DNA of 64,000 nt from positions 6,059 through 70,058 of the forward strand of contig DFEZ01000010.1 in assembly GCA_002369415.1 (NCBI GenBank). Direction: 5' to 3'. A model generated the notes under the pieces. That model had not been told where the DNA came from. It worked only from the letters and a program-made list of their open reading frames with translations, and did not search any database. Each line of letters begins with the position of its first letter. Within the stretch, counting starts at the first letter, position 1. The DNA is from Bacillales bacterium UBA3789 (GTDB lineage: Bacteria; Bacillota_I; Bacilli_A; RF39; UBA660). A program made the translations under genes and the position numbers. Of the stretch, positions 50,852 through 59,644 are shown one piece after another.

Positions 50852-51382
50852 TTATCCTTCTATTCTTTCTACTATAAATCTACCATGATAGTGTTCATCA
50901 TTACCTTCAAATGATTCATCTACCCATAGTCTTATCTCTATATTCTTACTTGATAAACTCCTAATTTTACCTTTATATATTACTTGATTATCTTCTGTTA
51001 GTGATTTAACTGTTTTACCATCAAATGAGTATCTTATTAGGTGAGTTGGTATTTTTTCTGTACAAGTACAACTGATATCATCATTTTCTAATATTACCTT
51101 ATACTCGACATCATCTCTTGTATTATTATATATTCTTATACTACGCAAATCACTTTTTAATCCTTTTTCTTTACTCATAATATTAGAAGATGTTAAAGTT
51201 ACTAATTCACTTGAATATGTAAATGTTTGATTATTAACATTAGTTTGTAATGTGCTTTTATAGTTATCTCTAAATTTAAATGCAACATATCCTCCTAAAA
51301 ATACTATTATTAAAAATGCTAGTACAATTACAGTAGTTGCTTTCTTTTCACTTATTTTCTTTATTTCTTTTTTCTTACTCAT
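50852..51382 (-). CDS. Membrane-anchored hypothetical protein (beta-sandwich domain likely)
   Basis: Basic N-terminus and TM, followed by IRIYN..YKV..IRYS..IRLWV strands. Confidence 0.7.
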   Translation of the reverse strand: MSKKKEIKKISEKKATTVIVLAFLIIVFLGGYVAFKFRDNYKSTLQTNVNNQTFTYSSELVTLTSSNIMSKEKGLKSDLRSIRIYNNTRDDVEYKVILENDDISCTCTEKIPTHLIRYSFDGKTVKSLTEDNQVIYKGKIRSLSSKNIEIRLWVDESFEGNDEHYHGRFIVERIEG

Positions 51383-51449
51383 ATTATCACCTTACAAAAT
51401 AATTATATCAAATTAGTATAATAAAAAAAAGTTATAAAATATAACTTTT

Positions 51450-53192
51450 TTATTCTTTAAATGTAATACCTAATTCTTCTAATTGAATTGGTTCTAGTTC
51501 ACTTGGAGAACCCATCATTAAGTCTTGTCCTGAGGCATTTGGTGGGAACGCTTGAACTTCTCTTAGATTTTGTTCATCTTGAATTAGCATTAATATTCTA
51601 TCAATTCCAGGAGCCATTCCACCATGTGGAGGACATCCATACTTAAATGCTGTAAAGATTGATTTAAATTTATTCTCTACATGACTACGTTCATATCCAA
51701 CTATTTCAAATCCTTTAGCAAGTAAATCTAAGTCATGGTTTCTAATAGCACCTGATGCCATTTCATTACCATTACATACGAAGTCATATTGATATGCTAA
51801 GATATCTTCTAGATTACCTTCATATGCTTTTGCTCCACCATGAGGCATACTAAATGGATTATGACAGAAATCCCATTTTTCATTTGCTTCATCATATTCA
51901 AACATAGGGAAATCATTAATAATACACATTTCTAGTCTATCTTTATCTGCTAAATCTAAATCAGTTGCGATTTTAACTCTTAAAGTACCTAATGCAGTTT
52001 TAACTACTTTATATTTTCCAGATACTATTAATACTAAGTCATTATTTTCAATCTTTAATTCTTTCTTTAGATCTTCTATTTCTTTTTCAGTTAATACTTT
52101 AGCAACACTTCCTGTTACTTCTTCATTAAACTTTAAGAATGCTAGTCCAGATCCTCCTCTTTTCTTAACGATTTCTGTTAATTCATCAATATTCTTTCTA
52201 GAGTATTTATCTGCAGCATTTTTAACAACGATTGCATTAATAATACCTTTTTCTGCTAATACATTTTTAAATACAGTAAATTCAGTATTTTTAAATATAT
52301 CAGTAATATCATTAATTAACATTTCATAACGTAAATCTGGTTTATCTGTTCCATATGTTGCGATTGCATCTTTATATGATATTCTTCTAAATGGTTTTGG
52401 ACTAACCTTTTTATTTGAGAAAGTACTAAATACATCATAGAAAATATCTTCTCCAACTCTTAGAACATCATCTTCTTCTACGAATGACATTTCTAAGTCT
52501 AATTGGTAGAACTCTAATGTTCTATCAGCTCTTGGATCTTCATCTCTAAAACATGGAGCTATTTGGAAATATTTTTCAAATCCTCCTACCATAAGTAACT
52601 CTTTATAGATTTGAGGTGCTTGTGGTAAAGCATAGAACTTTCCTTTATAGTTTCTTGATGGTACTACGAAGTCTCTTGCTCCTTCTGGAGAAGAAGCTGT
52701 AAGTATAGGAGTTTGTACTTCAATAAATCCTAAATCATACATCTTATTACGAATAAAATGTAATACTTCGTTTCTTAATAAAATATTGTTTTTTAATTTA
52801 TTTCTTCTTAAATCTAGATATCTATATTTTAATCTAGTATCTTCAAGAGCAGTTGTATCATCAGTTATTTCAAATGGAATATCTTCTGAAGTAGTTAGTA
52901 ATTCTAATTCACTTACTTGTACTTCTATTTCTCCAGTAGGAATATTTTTATTTTTACTTTCTCTTTCAACTATCTTTCCTACTACTCTAATAACTGATTC
53001 ATTTTTTAGTGAAGAAGCTAAATCATAGAAATCTTGTTCTGGTCTTACTACTATTTGAATAATTCCACTTCTATCACGAAGATCAATAAATATTAATCCT
53101 CCAAGATTTCTTTTCTTTTGTACCCAACCGAATAGTTCAACTTCTTCGTTTAAATTCTTTATATTAAATTCACCATTATTAAACTTTTTCAT
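51450..53192 (-). CDS. aspS: Aspartate-tRNA ligase
   Basis: FIDLRDRSG, RLKYRYLDLR, PEGARDF, CFRDED and PPHGG motifs. Confidence 0.97.
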   Translation of the reverse strand: MKKFNNGEFNIKNLNEEVELFGWVQKKRNLGGLIFIDLRDRSGIIQIVVRPEQDFYDLASSLKNESVIRVVGKIVERESKNKNIPTGEIEVQVSELELLTTSEDIPFEITDDTTALEDTRLKYRYLDLRRNKLKNNILLRNEVLHFIRNKMYDLGFIEVQTPILTASSPEGARDFVVPSRNYKGKFYALPQAPQIYKELLMVGGFEKYFQIAPCFRDEDPRADRTLEFYQLDLEMSFVEEDDVLRVGEDIFYDVFSTFSNKKVSPKPFRRISYKDAIATYGTDKPDLRYEMLINDITDIFKNTEFTVFKNVLAEKGIINAIVVKNAADKYSRKNIDELTEIVKKRGGSGLAFLKFNEEVTGSVAKVLTEKEIEDLKKELKIENNDLVLIVSGKYKVVKTALGTLRVKIATDLDLADKDRLEMCIINDFPMFEYDEANEKWDFCHNPFSMPHGGAKAYEGNLEDILAYQYDFVCNGNEMASGAIRNHDLDLLAKGFEIVGYERSHVENKFKSIFTAFKYGCPPHGGMAPGIDRILMLIQDEQNLREVQAFPPNASGQDLMMGSPSELEPIQLEELGITFKE

Positions 53193-54571
53193 TATTCACC
53201 CTTCTCTTCATGGTGATGAGAACACTTGCATTCACCATGTTCACATTCACCGTGTTCATGATGATGACCGCATCCACAATCACACTCATCGTCTTCAACT
53301 TCTGTAGTTAGTTTTTCATCTAGATAATAGATTAATGCATCTAGACTAATAACTTCTTCTTCTTTTGTTTTATTATTTTTAATTTTTACTTCATTATTAT
53401 CTAAATCTTCACTATTTAATACACAAATATATTTAGCATTTAATCTATCTGCTTGTTTAAATTGTCCTTTTAATGATCTTCCAGTATATTCTGTATCAAC
53501 AATGAATCCTGCTAAACGTAACTCTTGAGTTAAGTATGCAGCATATTTCTTTTCTTCTTCATTAACATACATAATGAATAAGTCAATATCTTCTACAATT
53601 GGTACTTTTACTTCTTCTAATTCTAATGCTTTAACAAGTCTACCAATTCCACTTGCAAAACCAACACATGGTGTTTCAGGTCCATCTAATTGATTAACTA
53701 ATCCATTATAACGTCCTCCTCCACCTAATACGTTATTTGATCCGAATCCTTCTACTTTAGCTTCGATTTCAAATACTGTGTGGTTATAATAATCTAATCC
53801 TCTAACAATATTAGGATTGATTGTATAATCTATTTGCATTATTTCTAGATATTCTTGAACTTTTTCAAATCTATCTCTACTTTCTTCAGTTAAATAATCT
53901 AGTGTCTTAGGAGCATTCTTTAATACTTCGTTTTCTGCATCAACTTTACAATCTAAGATTCTAAGTGGATTCTTTTCTAATCTTTCTACGCAATCTTCAC
54001 ATAGTTCATTAATATGAGGTTTAAAGTAATCTACTAAAGCCTTTCTATAATTATCTCTACTTTCATTATCTCCTAATGAGTTAAGATTTACTTTAATTTC
54101 TTTTAAACCTAACATTTTAAATACGTTAACTGCTGCTGAAATGATTTCAGCATCTGTTAATGGATCATCACTACCTAAGATTTCCATTCCAAATTGAGTT
54201 AACTCTCTATCTCTTCCTGATTGAGGTCTTTCATATCTATACATTGTTCCATTATAGTATACTTTTACTGGTTGGTTAGGATCGCCATACATTTTATTTT
54301 CAATAAAACTTCTAACAACACCAGCAGTTCCTTCAGGACGAAGTGTAATTTTTCTACCACCCTTATCTTCAAAGTCATAGCTTTCTTTAGTGACAATATC
54401 AGTTGTTTCACCTACGCCACGATGGAATAGCTCAGTTGCCTCAAAGATTGGTGTACGGATATAGTTATAGTTATATTTTTCCATCATTGCATCAATAACT
54501 GTATCAATATACTTCCAAACTTTGGCTTCTCTTCCATAAATGTCATTACAGCCTTTTTGTCTTTGTATCAT
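53192..54571 (-). CDS. hisS: Histidine-tRNA ligase with His/Cys-rich C-terminal tail
   Basis: LRPEGTAG, RYERPQSGR, VRGLDYY and GGGRY motifs. Likely start MIQRQKG at 54571 after AAAGGAGAGG; the track start 54634 lies inside the T-box. Confidence 0.97.
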   Translation of the reverse strand: MIQRQKGCNDIYGREAKVWKYIDTVIDAMMEKYNYNYIRTPIFEATELFHRGVGETTDIVTKESYDFEDKGGRKITLRPEGTAGVVRSFIENKMYGDPNQPVKVYYNGTMYRYERPQSGRDRELTQFGMEILGSDDPLTDAEIISAAVNVFKMLGLKEIKVNLNSLGDNESRDNYRKALVDYFKPHINELCEDCVERLEKNPLRILDCKVDAENEVLKNAPKTLDYLTEESRDRFEKVQEYLEIMQIDYTINPNIVRGLDYYNHTVFEIEAKVEGFGSNNVLGGGGRYNGLVNQLDGPETPCVGFASGIGRLVKALELEEVKVPIVEDIDLFIMYVNEEEKKYAAYLTQELRLAGFIVDTEYTGRSLKGQFKQADRLNAKYICVLNSEDLDNNEVKIKNNKTKEEEVISLDALIYYLDEKLTTEVEDDECDCGCGHHHEHGECEHGECKCSHHHEEKGE

Positions 54572-54589
54572 TTTATCCTCTCCTTTATT

Positions 54590-54771
54590 AACAAAAAAGG
54601 TGACAACCCAAAGGGCGATTTCTCGCGGTGCCACCTTATTTATTTCTTAATACACTTATAACGGAGCTACCCGTTCTTTTTTATAGGGATGTCTTCATTA
54701 AACTCTATTAAGTCTTCACACCAACCAGACTCTCTCTTGAAATTTTTATTTAACTACTCTTTCCCCAAGAT
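54590..54771 (-). promoter_or_regulatory. T-box riboswitch with Asp (GAC) specifier controlling hisS-aspS
   Basis: T-box AAGGTGGCACCGCG at 54624-54637; AGTA, AGAGA and GGTGTGAA stem I motifs; specifier loop GAA-GAC-A (GAC at 54691-54693); terminator T tract; TATAAT at 54778-54783. Confidence 0.92.
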
Positions 54772-54786
54772 ATTTGTATTATAATT

Positions 54787-55932
54787 CTATTTTGACAATA
54801 TTTCAAGTTCTTTTCTATATATTTTTCCAAAATTCTCTGGAGTCCAATCATTTCTTTCAAATAGTTCTCTATCAAATTTTCCATATCTGCTTCTTAGAAA
54901 ATCAGCAAACATCAGATTATCAAATCCATTTTTTCTAATCTCATCAGCAAGGAATGTAGAAATAATATTTCCATAACTATAACTATATACTGGTTCTAGA
55001 TCTATATCACCACACATTGCAAGATGTTCATCTGCCTCTTCTTGGGAATCAAAGTAATCTTTAAACAGACTATAAAAATCTTTTGAATCTAACTCTAAGA
55101 ACTTATCGGAATATAAATCTTCATCACTTAATGTAGAAAGTAAAAATGCATTAAACTGTGAATAAAAATAGTCTATGTCATAGTTGTATAGCATATTTTG
55201 AACTGTTTCATACTCAAGATTATGTCTTATTGCATAATCAATAAATAGTTTTTCAAATAAATTTGATATAACTTCATCCATAAAAGATACATAAAAATAA
55301 TAATTAAATTTTTGTGGATCAATACCCATTATTTGATAATCTAATGCATGTCCTAATTCATGAACAAGAACATCCATATCAGGTAAAGTATATTGGAATT
55401 TTCTTATCAATATATCCGTGTCTCCATTTACTGGATTATAAAGTATTGAACCACGATTGCCTGAACGATTACTTCTTTGATTATGAATAATTCCATTTGC
55501 TATTACTCTATCAAATAATTGTTCTTGATCTATGCTTTTTAAGAAATCAAATAATATATCACTAAATTCTTCTGGACTATATGTTTTGGGTTCTATGTCT
55601 TTCTCAACATAATTATTTTCAACTGCTTCTTTTTCGGATAGAATGTCTCCTATAAATGTTCCATGAAAGTCTTTGTTTAAAACAAAATCATCTAACATTC
55701 TATCGCTTAAAATACTTGCTCTTTTTATAGATAGATTGTATGCTTTTCTAGAAGAAAATGCTGTTTTAAAATCTAAATTTATTGGGGGATTTAAATCTTT
55801 TGCCGCTCTATATATATTACTTATATAGTTTGTTAAGGCAAATCTTGTTTCTTTATCAGATATTCGTTTTAAATCTTTGCTTGCCTGAAGTAATTTTACT
55901 TTTAATTGTTTTGAACTCCTTGAAACTATCAT
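54787..55932 (-). CDS. Putative zinc metallopeptidase (HExxH, M3/oligoendopeptidase-like)
   Basis: VHELGHA, downstream DEVISNLFE and YSYSYG. Confidence 0.55.
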   Translation of the reverse strand: MIVSRSSKQLKVKLLQASKDLKRISDKETRFALTNYISNIYRAAKDLNPPINLDFKTAFSSRKAYNLSIKRASILSDRMLDDFVLNKDFHGTFIGDILSEKEAVENNYVEKDIEPKTYSPEEFSDILFDFLKSIDQEQLFDRVIANGIIHNQRSNRSGNRGSILYNPVNGDTDILIRKFQYTLPDMDVLVHELGHALDYQIMGIDPQKFNYYFYVSFMDEVISNLFEKLFIDYAIRHNLEYETVQNMLYNYDIDYFYSQFNAFLLSTLSDEDLYSDKFLELDSKDFYSLFKDYFDSQEEADEHLAMCGDIDLEPVYSYSYGNIISTFLADEIRKNGFDNLMFADFLRSRYGKFDRELFERNDWTPENFGKIYRKELEILSK

Positions 55933-55977
55933 AATGCTTCTCCTTTTAGTTAGTTATTATAGCATAAAAAAAAGAAA

Positions 55978-57036
55978 CTAGATAGTTTCTTTTACTTTTA
56001 CCATTCCTTTTTTAAGATCTTTCTTAAAGAAATTAAATGTTGTTCTTAATAATAAGTAACATGGAAGTGCAACTATAATTCCAGCTGGTCCTGCTAAAGT
56101 ACCACCTATTGATACTGCCATAATTGTAATTAATGGATTAACATTATTAGTATGACCATATACTCTTGGGGATATTATATATCCATCTAATTGTGGGAAT
56201 ATTAAACATATTATTATTGTTAATATAAATAGTTTTGGTGATATAACACTTGCTAATATAATAGCAATAATATTTGTAATTAATCCTCCAAAGTATGGAA
56301 TAACAGTTGTTATACAAGCAAGGATTCCTAAGATTAACCAGTTAGGGTGTCCAACTATTAAGAATAATAAACTATATTCAAATAATTGAATTACCATGAA
56401 TATTTCTAGTCCTTTTAAATAGTTAGTTATTTCTGTATCCATTAATTTAATATAATTAAAGGCTCTCTTATTAGTTTCTTTTAATAGCTCTTTTAATGTA
56501 GATCTAATTTTATCCATATATATTAAGAAATATATGAATCCTACAAAGCCAACTACAAACTTACCAATAAATCCTAATGATTTATTAATAATATCCATTG
56601 TTGATGCTCCAGCAACTGAACCAAGACTCTTTAATATATCATTTAAGTAATCCGTAATTTTTATTTCATATGTACCTAAATTAATATTAAATTTATTGTC
56701 AAAGTTTTTCATTACTTCTACTACTGTTTTTATTAATAACTTTAATTGATCATATAGAAGTGGTAATGTTAAAGCAATTATTCCACCTACTATAACAACT
56801 ACACCAATTACTACTACTGTAATTGCAATTGACTTACTTAATCCTTTTTTATCTAACCATCTTACTAATGGAGTAAATGCATAAGCAAATACAAAGGCAA
56901 CTATAAATGGTGATAAAACAGCAATACATTTACCTAAGATTCCTATCCATAAACCTATGTTAGTTACACCTATATATAGAAGTAACATTAAGGCTGCTAA
57001 ATTAACTATTCCATAATTAATCTTATTATTAAACAT
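55978..57036 (-). CDS. AI-2E family transporter
   Basis: PFIVAFVFAYAFTP, IPYFG, QLDGYIISPRVYG and GIIVALP motifs. Confidence 0.9.
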   Translation of the reverse strand: MFNNKINYGIVNLAALMLLLYIGVTNIGLWIGILGKCIAVLSPFIVAFVFAYAFTPLVRWLDKKGLSKSIAITVVVIGVVVIVGGIIALTLPLLYDQLKLLIKTVVEVMKNFDNKFNINLGTYEIKITDYLNDILKSLGSVAGASTMDIINKSLGFIGKFVVGFVGFIYFLIYMDKIRSTLKELLKETNKRAFNYIKLMDTEITNYLKGLEIFMVIQLFEYSLLFLIVGHPNWLILGILACITTVIPYFGGLITNIIAIILASVISPKLFILTIIICLIFPQLDGYIISPRVYGHTNNVNPLITIMAVSIGGTLAGPAGIIVALPCYLLLRTTFNFFKKDLKKGMVKVKETI

Positions 57037-57040
57037 TTTA

Positions 57041-57475
57041 TCATCTCTCTAACGCTATTGTGATTGGACCAATATTTTCTATACTTACAAACATATCTGC
57101 TCCAAAGATTCCTGTTTCTACTTTTACATATTTTCTTAGTTCTTCATTAAACATATCATATAGTTTAGTAGCTTCTTCTCCGTTAAGAGCAGCTATATAA
57201 CTTGGTCTATTACCTTTTTTAGTATCAGCATATAAAGTAAATTGTGAAATTGATAGGATATCTCCACCATACTCTAATATACTTTTATTCATTACATCGT
57301 TTTCATCTGGAAAGATTCTTAGATTTACTACTTTTTTTGCTAAGTATTCAATTTGCTCAGGTCCATCTCCTTCTGTAAATCCTACTAAAAGGACTAATCC
57401 CGAATCAATCTTTCCATTTACTTTATTATCTATTGTTACTGAGGATTTTCCACTTCTTTGTACTAAAACTCTCAT
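57041..57475 (-). CDS. dtd: D-aminoacyl-tRNA deacylase
   Basis: MRVLVQR, SQFTL, GNRPS and GPIT motifs; follows rel. Confidence 0.96.
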   Translation of the reverse strand: MRVLVQRSGKSSVTIDNKVNGKIDSGLVLLVGFTEGDGPEQIEYLAKKVVNLRIFPDENDVMNKSILEYGGDILSISQFTLYADTKKGNRPSYIAALNGEEATKLYDMFNEELRKYVKVETGIFGADMFVSIENIGPITIALER

Positions 57476-59634
57476 CGCATCGCCCTCTCAACTTTTTCAA
57501 CATATGAATGTTTTTCTAGATTTAAAAGTAATTTATTTAATTGCTCTAAACCAGTTACATAACAATCTACTTCATACATTGATTTATCACCTTTATTTAT
57601 AATTCTAATTCCATCTACGCTTACATTAGTCATAGAGATAGATTGAACTATATCTAACATGTGATTTTCACTATCTTTAGTATATACTAAGATGCATGAT
57701 AAATATCTCTTGTTAGTATTATCATTCCATGAAACATCTACTGTTCTATCTTCTAGCATTTCTAGATTGTGACAATTAATTCTATGAACTGAAATGCCAT
57801 TTCCTTTAGTAATATATCCTACTATTTCATCTCCAAATACAGGATTACAGCAGTTAGCTAAATTTACTTTTACTTTATCTATTCCACTAACTATAATATC
57901 AGCATCTGTACTCTTTGTAGTTACTTTTACTACTTTTGGGGTTGGTGTCTCTTCAGTTTTTTCAATTATATTGATAACACCATTTGATGTTGCTTTACCA
58001 TTTCCAATATTTAGATAAATATCATCTAAATCATCTACTTTTATTGTTTCACATATCTTCTTGATATTTTCATCAGTAAAGAAATCAGTAAAGTTAATTT
58101 TCCTTTTTCTTAAATCTTTTTCTAAAGCATATTTTCCTCTTTCAATGTTAAGTTCTCTTTCATTCTTAGTAAAGTATGCTTTAATCTTGTTTTTAGTAGT
58201 ACTACACTTAACCATGTTAAGCCACTCTTTTGATGGTGTAGAACTCTTATTAGTATTAATCTTAATAATATCATTATCTTGTAATTCATAGTTTAGTGGA
58301 ACAATATTATTATTAACAATTGCTCCTACAGTAGTTTCTCCTACTTTAGTATGAATTCTATAAGCAAAGTCTATTGGAGTTGCTCCTCTTGGAAGTTCTA
58401 TTACATCACCTTTTGGAGTAAAGACATAAATGTTATTATTTAATACTTCGTCTTTTACACTATTAACAAAGTCTTCACTACTCATCTTATCATGACTTAA
58501 ATCAATGATAGATTTAAAGAATTGTAGTTTTTGTTCTGTAGTACTTGTAAGGTTAGCGTTAGATCCGCTACCTTTATTTTCTTTATATGACCAGTGTGCT
58601 GCAATACCATTTTCAGCAACTTCATCCATTTCATATGTACGAATTTGAATTTCAAATAAATATCCATCGATTCCAAATACAGTTGTATGTAGAGATTGAT
58701 ACATATTTGGTTTTGGCATTGCTACATAGTCTTTAAATCTTTTTGGAAGAGGTCTAAACTTTGAATGGATTAAACCTAATGCTAAGTAACATTCTTGTTC
58801 AGTATTTACTAAAATTCTTAAAGCTAGCAAGTCATAAATATCACTGAATTTTTTACCTCTATCTAGCTTGTTATAAATACTATATATACTTTTAGCTCTT
58901 CCTTTTATTTCGTGTGGTATATGATGTTCATTTAACAAATCAGTTATTTCTGTTTGCATATCATATACGATCTTATCTCTTTCAATTTTTGTTTTATTTA
59001 ACTTCTCTGCAATATCATAGAAAACAGATGGTTTTAGGTAACGAAGCGCTAAATCTTCTAGTTCACTTTTAATTTTGTGAATACCTAAATGGTGTGCGAT
59101 AGGAGCAAGTATTTCTAATGCTTCTTTTGCTTTTGCTTTTTGTCTATCTTCTGGTATTGCCCATAAAGTACGCATATTATGAAGTCTATCAGCTAACTTA
59201 ATAATTATTACTCTAACATCTTCACTCATACCTACAATGATTTTTTTGTAGTAATCAATTAAGTAATCATTTTCTGTTGAGAAATGAATCTTACTTAATT
59301 TAGTAACCCCTTTTACTAATTTAGTAATTGTTTGGCCAAACTCTTCTTCCATTTCTTCTGGAGTACAATCACAGTCTTCTAAAACATCATGCAAAAGACC
59401 AGCAGAAATAGTTTCATAATCGGCATAGATTGTAGTAAGAATTAAGGCTACATTCATCGGATGATAAATGTAGTCTTCTCCACTCTTTCTATATTGCCCA
59501 TCATGTTTTTTCTTGGCAAACTGATAAGCTTTCTCTATTACTTTAATTTGTTCTTCATCTTCGATATATGTACGTACTTTAGAAAGAATATCATCAATTG
59601 TTATATTTTCTAAATCTTTTGACAAAGAACTCAT
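57472..59634 (-). CDS. rel: Bifunctional (p)ppGpp synthetase/hydrolase Rel
   Basis: HD domain (LLHDVLED), KLADRLHNMRT, YQSLHT, EIQIRT, TGS domain (FTPKG), CCNP and ACT domain. Confidence 0.97.
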   Translation of the reverse strand: MSSLSKDLENITIDDILSKVRTYIEDEEQIKVIEKAYQFAKKKHDGQYRKSGEDYIYHPMNVALILTTIYADYETISAGLLHDVLEDCDCTPEEMEEEFGQTITKLVKGVTKLSKIHFSTENDYLIDYYKKIIVGMSEDVRVIIIKLADRLHNMRTLWAIPEDRQKAKAKEALEILAPIAHHLGIHKIKSELEDLALRYLKPSVFYDIAEKLNKTKIERDKIVYDMQTEITDLLNEHHIPHEIKGRAKSIYSIYNKLDRGKKFSDIYDLLALRILVNTEQECYLALGLIHSKFRPLPKRFKDYVAMPKPNMYQSLHTTVFGIDGYLFEIQIRTYEMDEVAENGIAAHWSYKENKGSGSNANLTSTTEQKLQFFKSIIDLSHDKMSSEDFVNSVKDEVLNNNIYVFTPKGDVIELPRGATPIDFAYRIHTKVGETTVGAIVNNNIVPLNYELQDNDIIKINTNKSSTPSKEWLNMVKCSTTKNKIKAYFTKNERELNIERGKYALEKDLRKRKINFTDFFTDENIKKICETIKVDDLDDIYLNIGNGKATSNGVINIIEKTEETPTPKVVKVTTKSTDADIIVSGIDKVKVNLANCCNPVFGDEIVGYITKGNGISVHRINCHNLEMLEDRTVDVSWNDNTNKRYLSCILVYTKDSENHMLDIVQSISMTNVSVDGIRIINKGDKSMYEVDCYVTGLEQLNKLLLNLEKHSYVEKVERAMR

Positions 59635-59644
59635 CTCCCCTCAA

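Noticed and set aside
54689-54693. Overlapping CAU (His) codon in the T-box specifier loop
   Set aside because: Its U falls in the stem pairing with GGGA, and the UGGC bulge fits tRNA-Asp G73 rather than tRNA-His C73.
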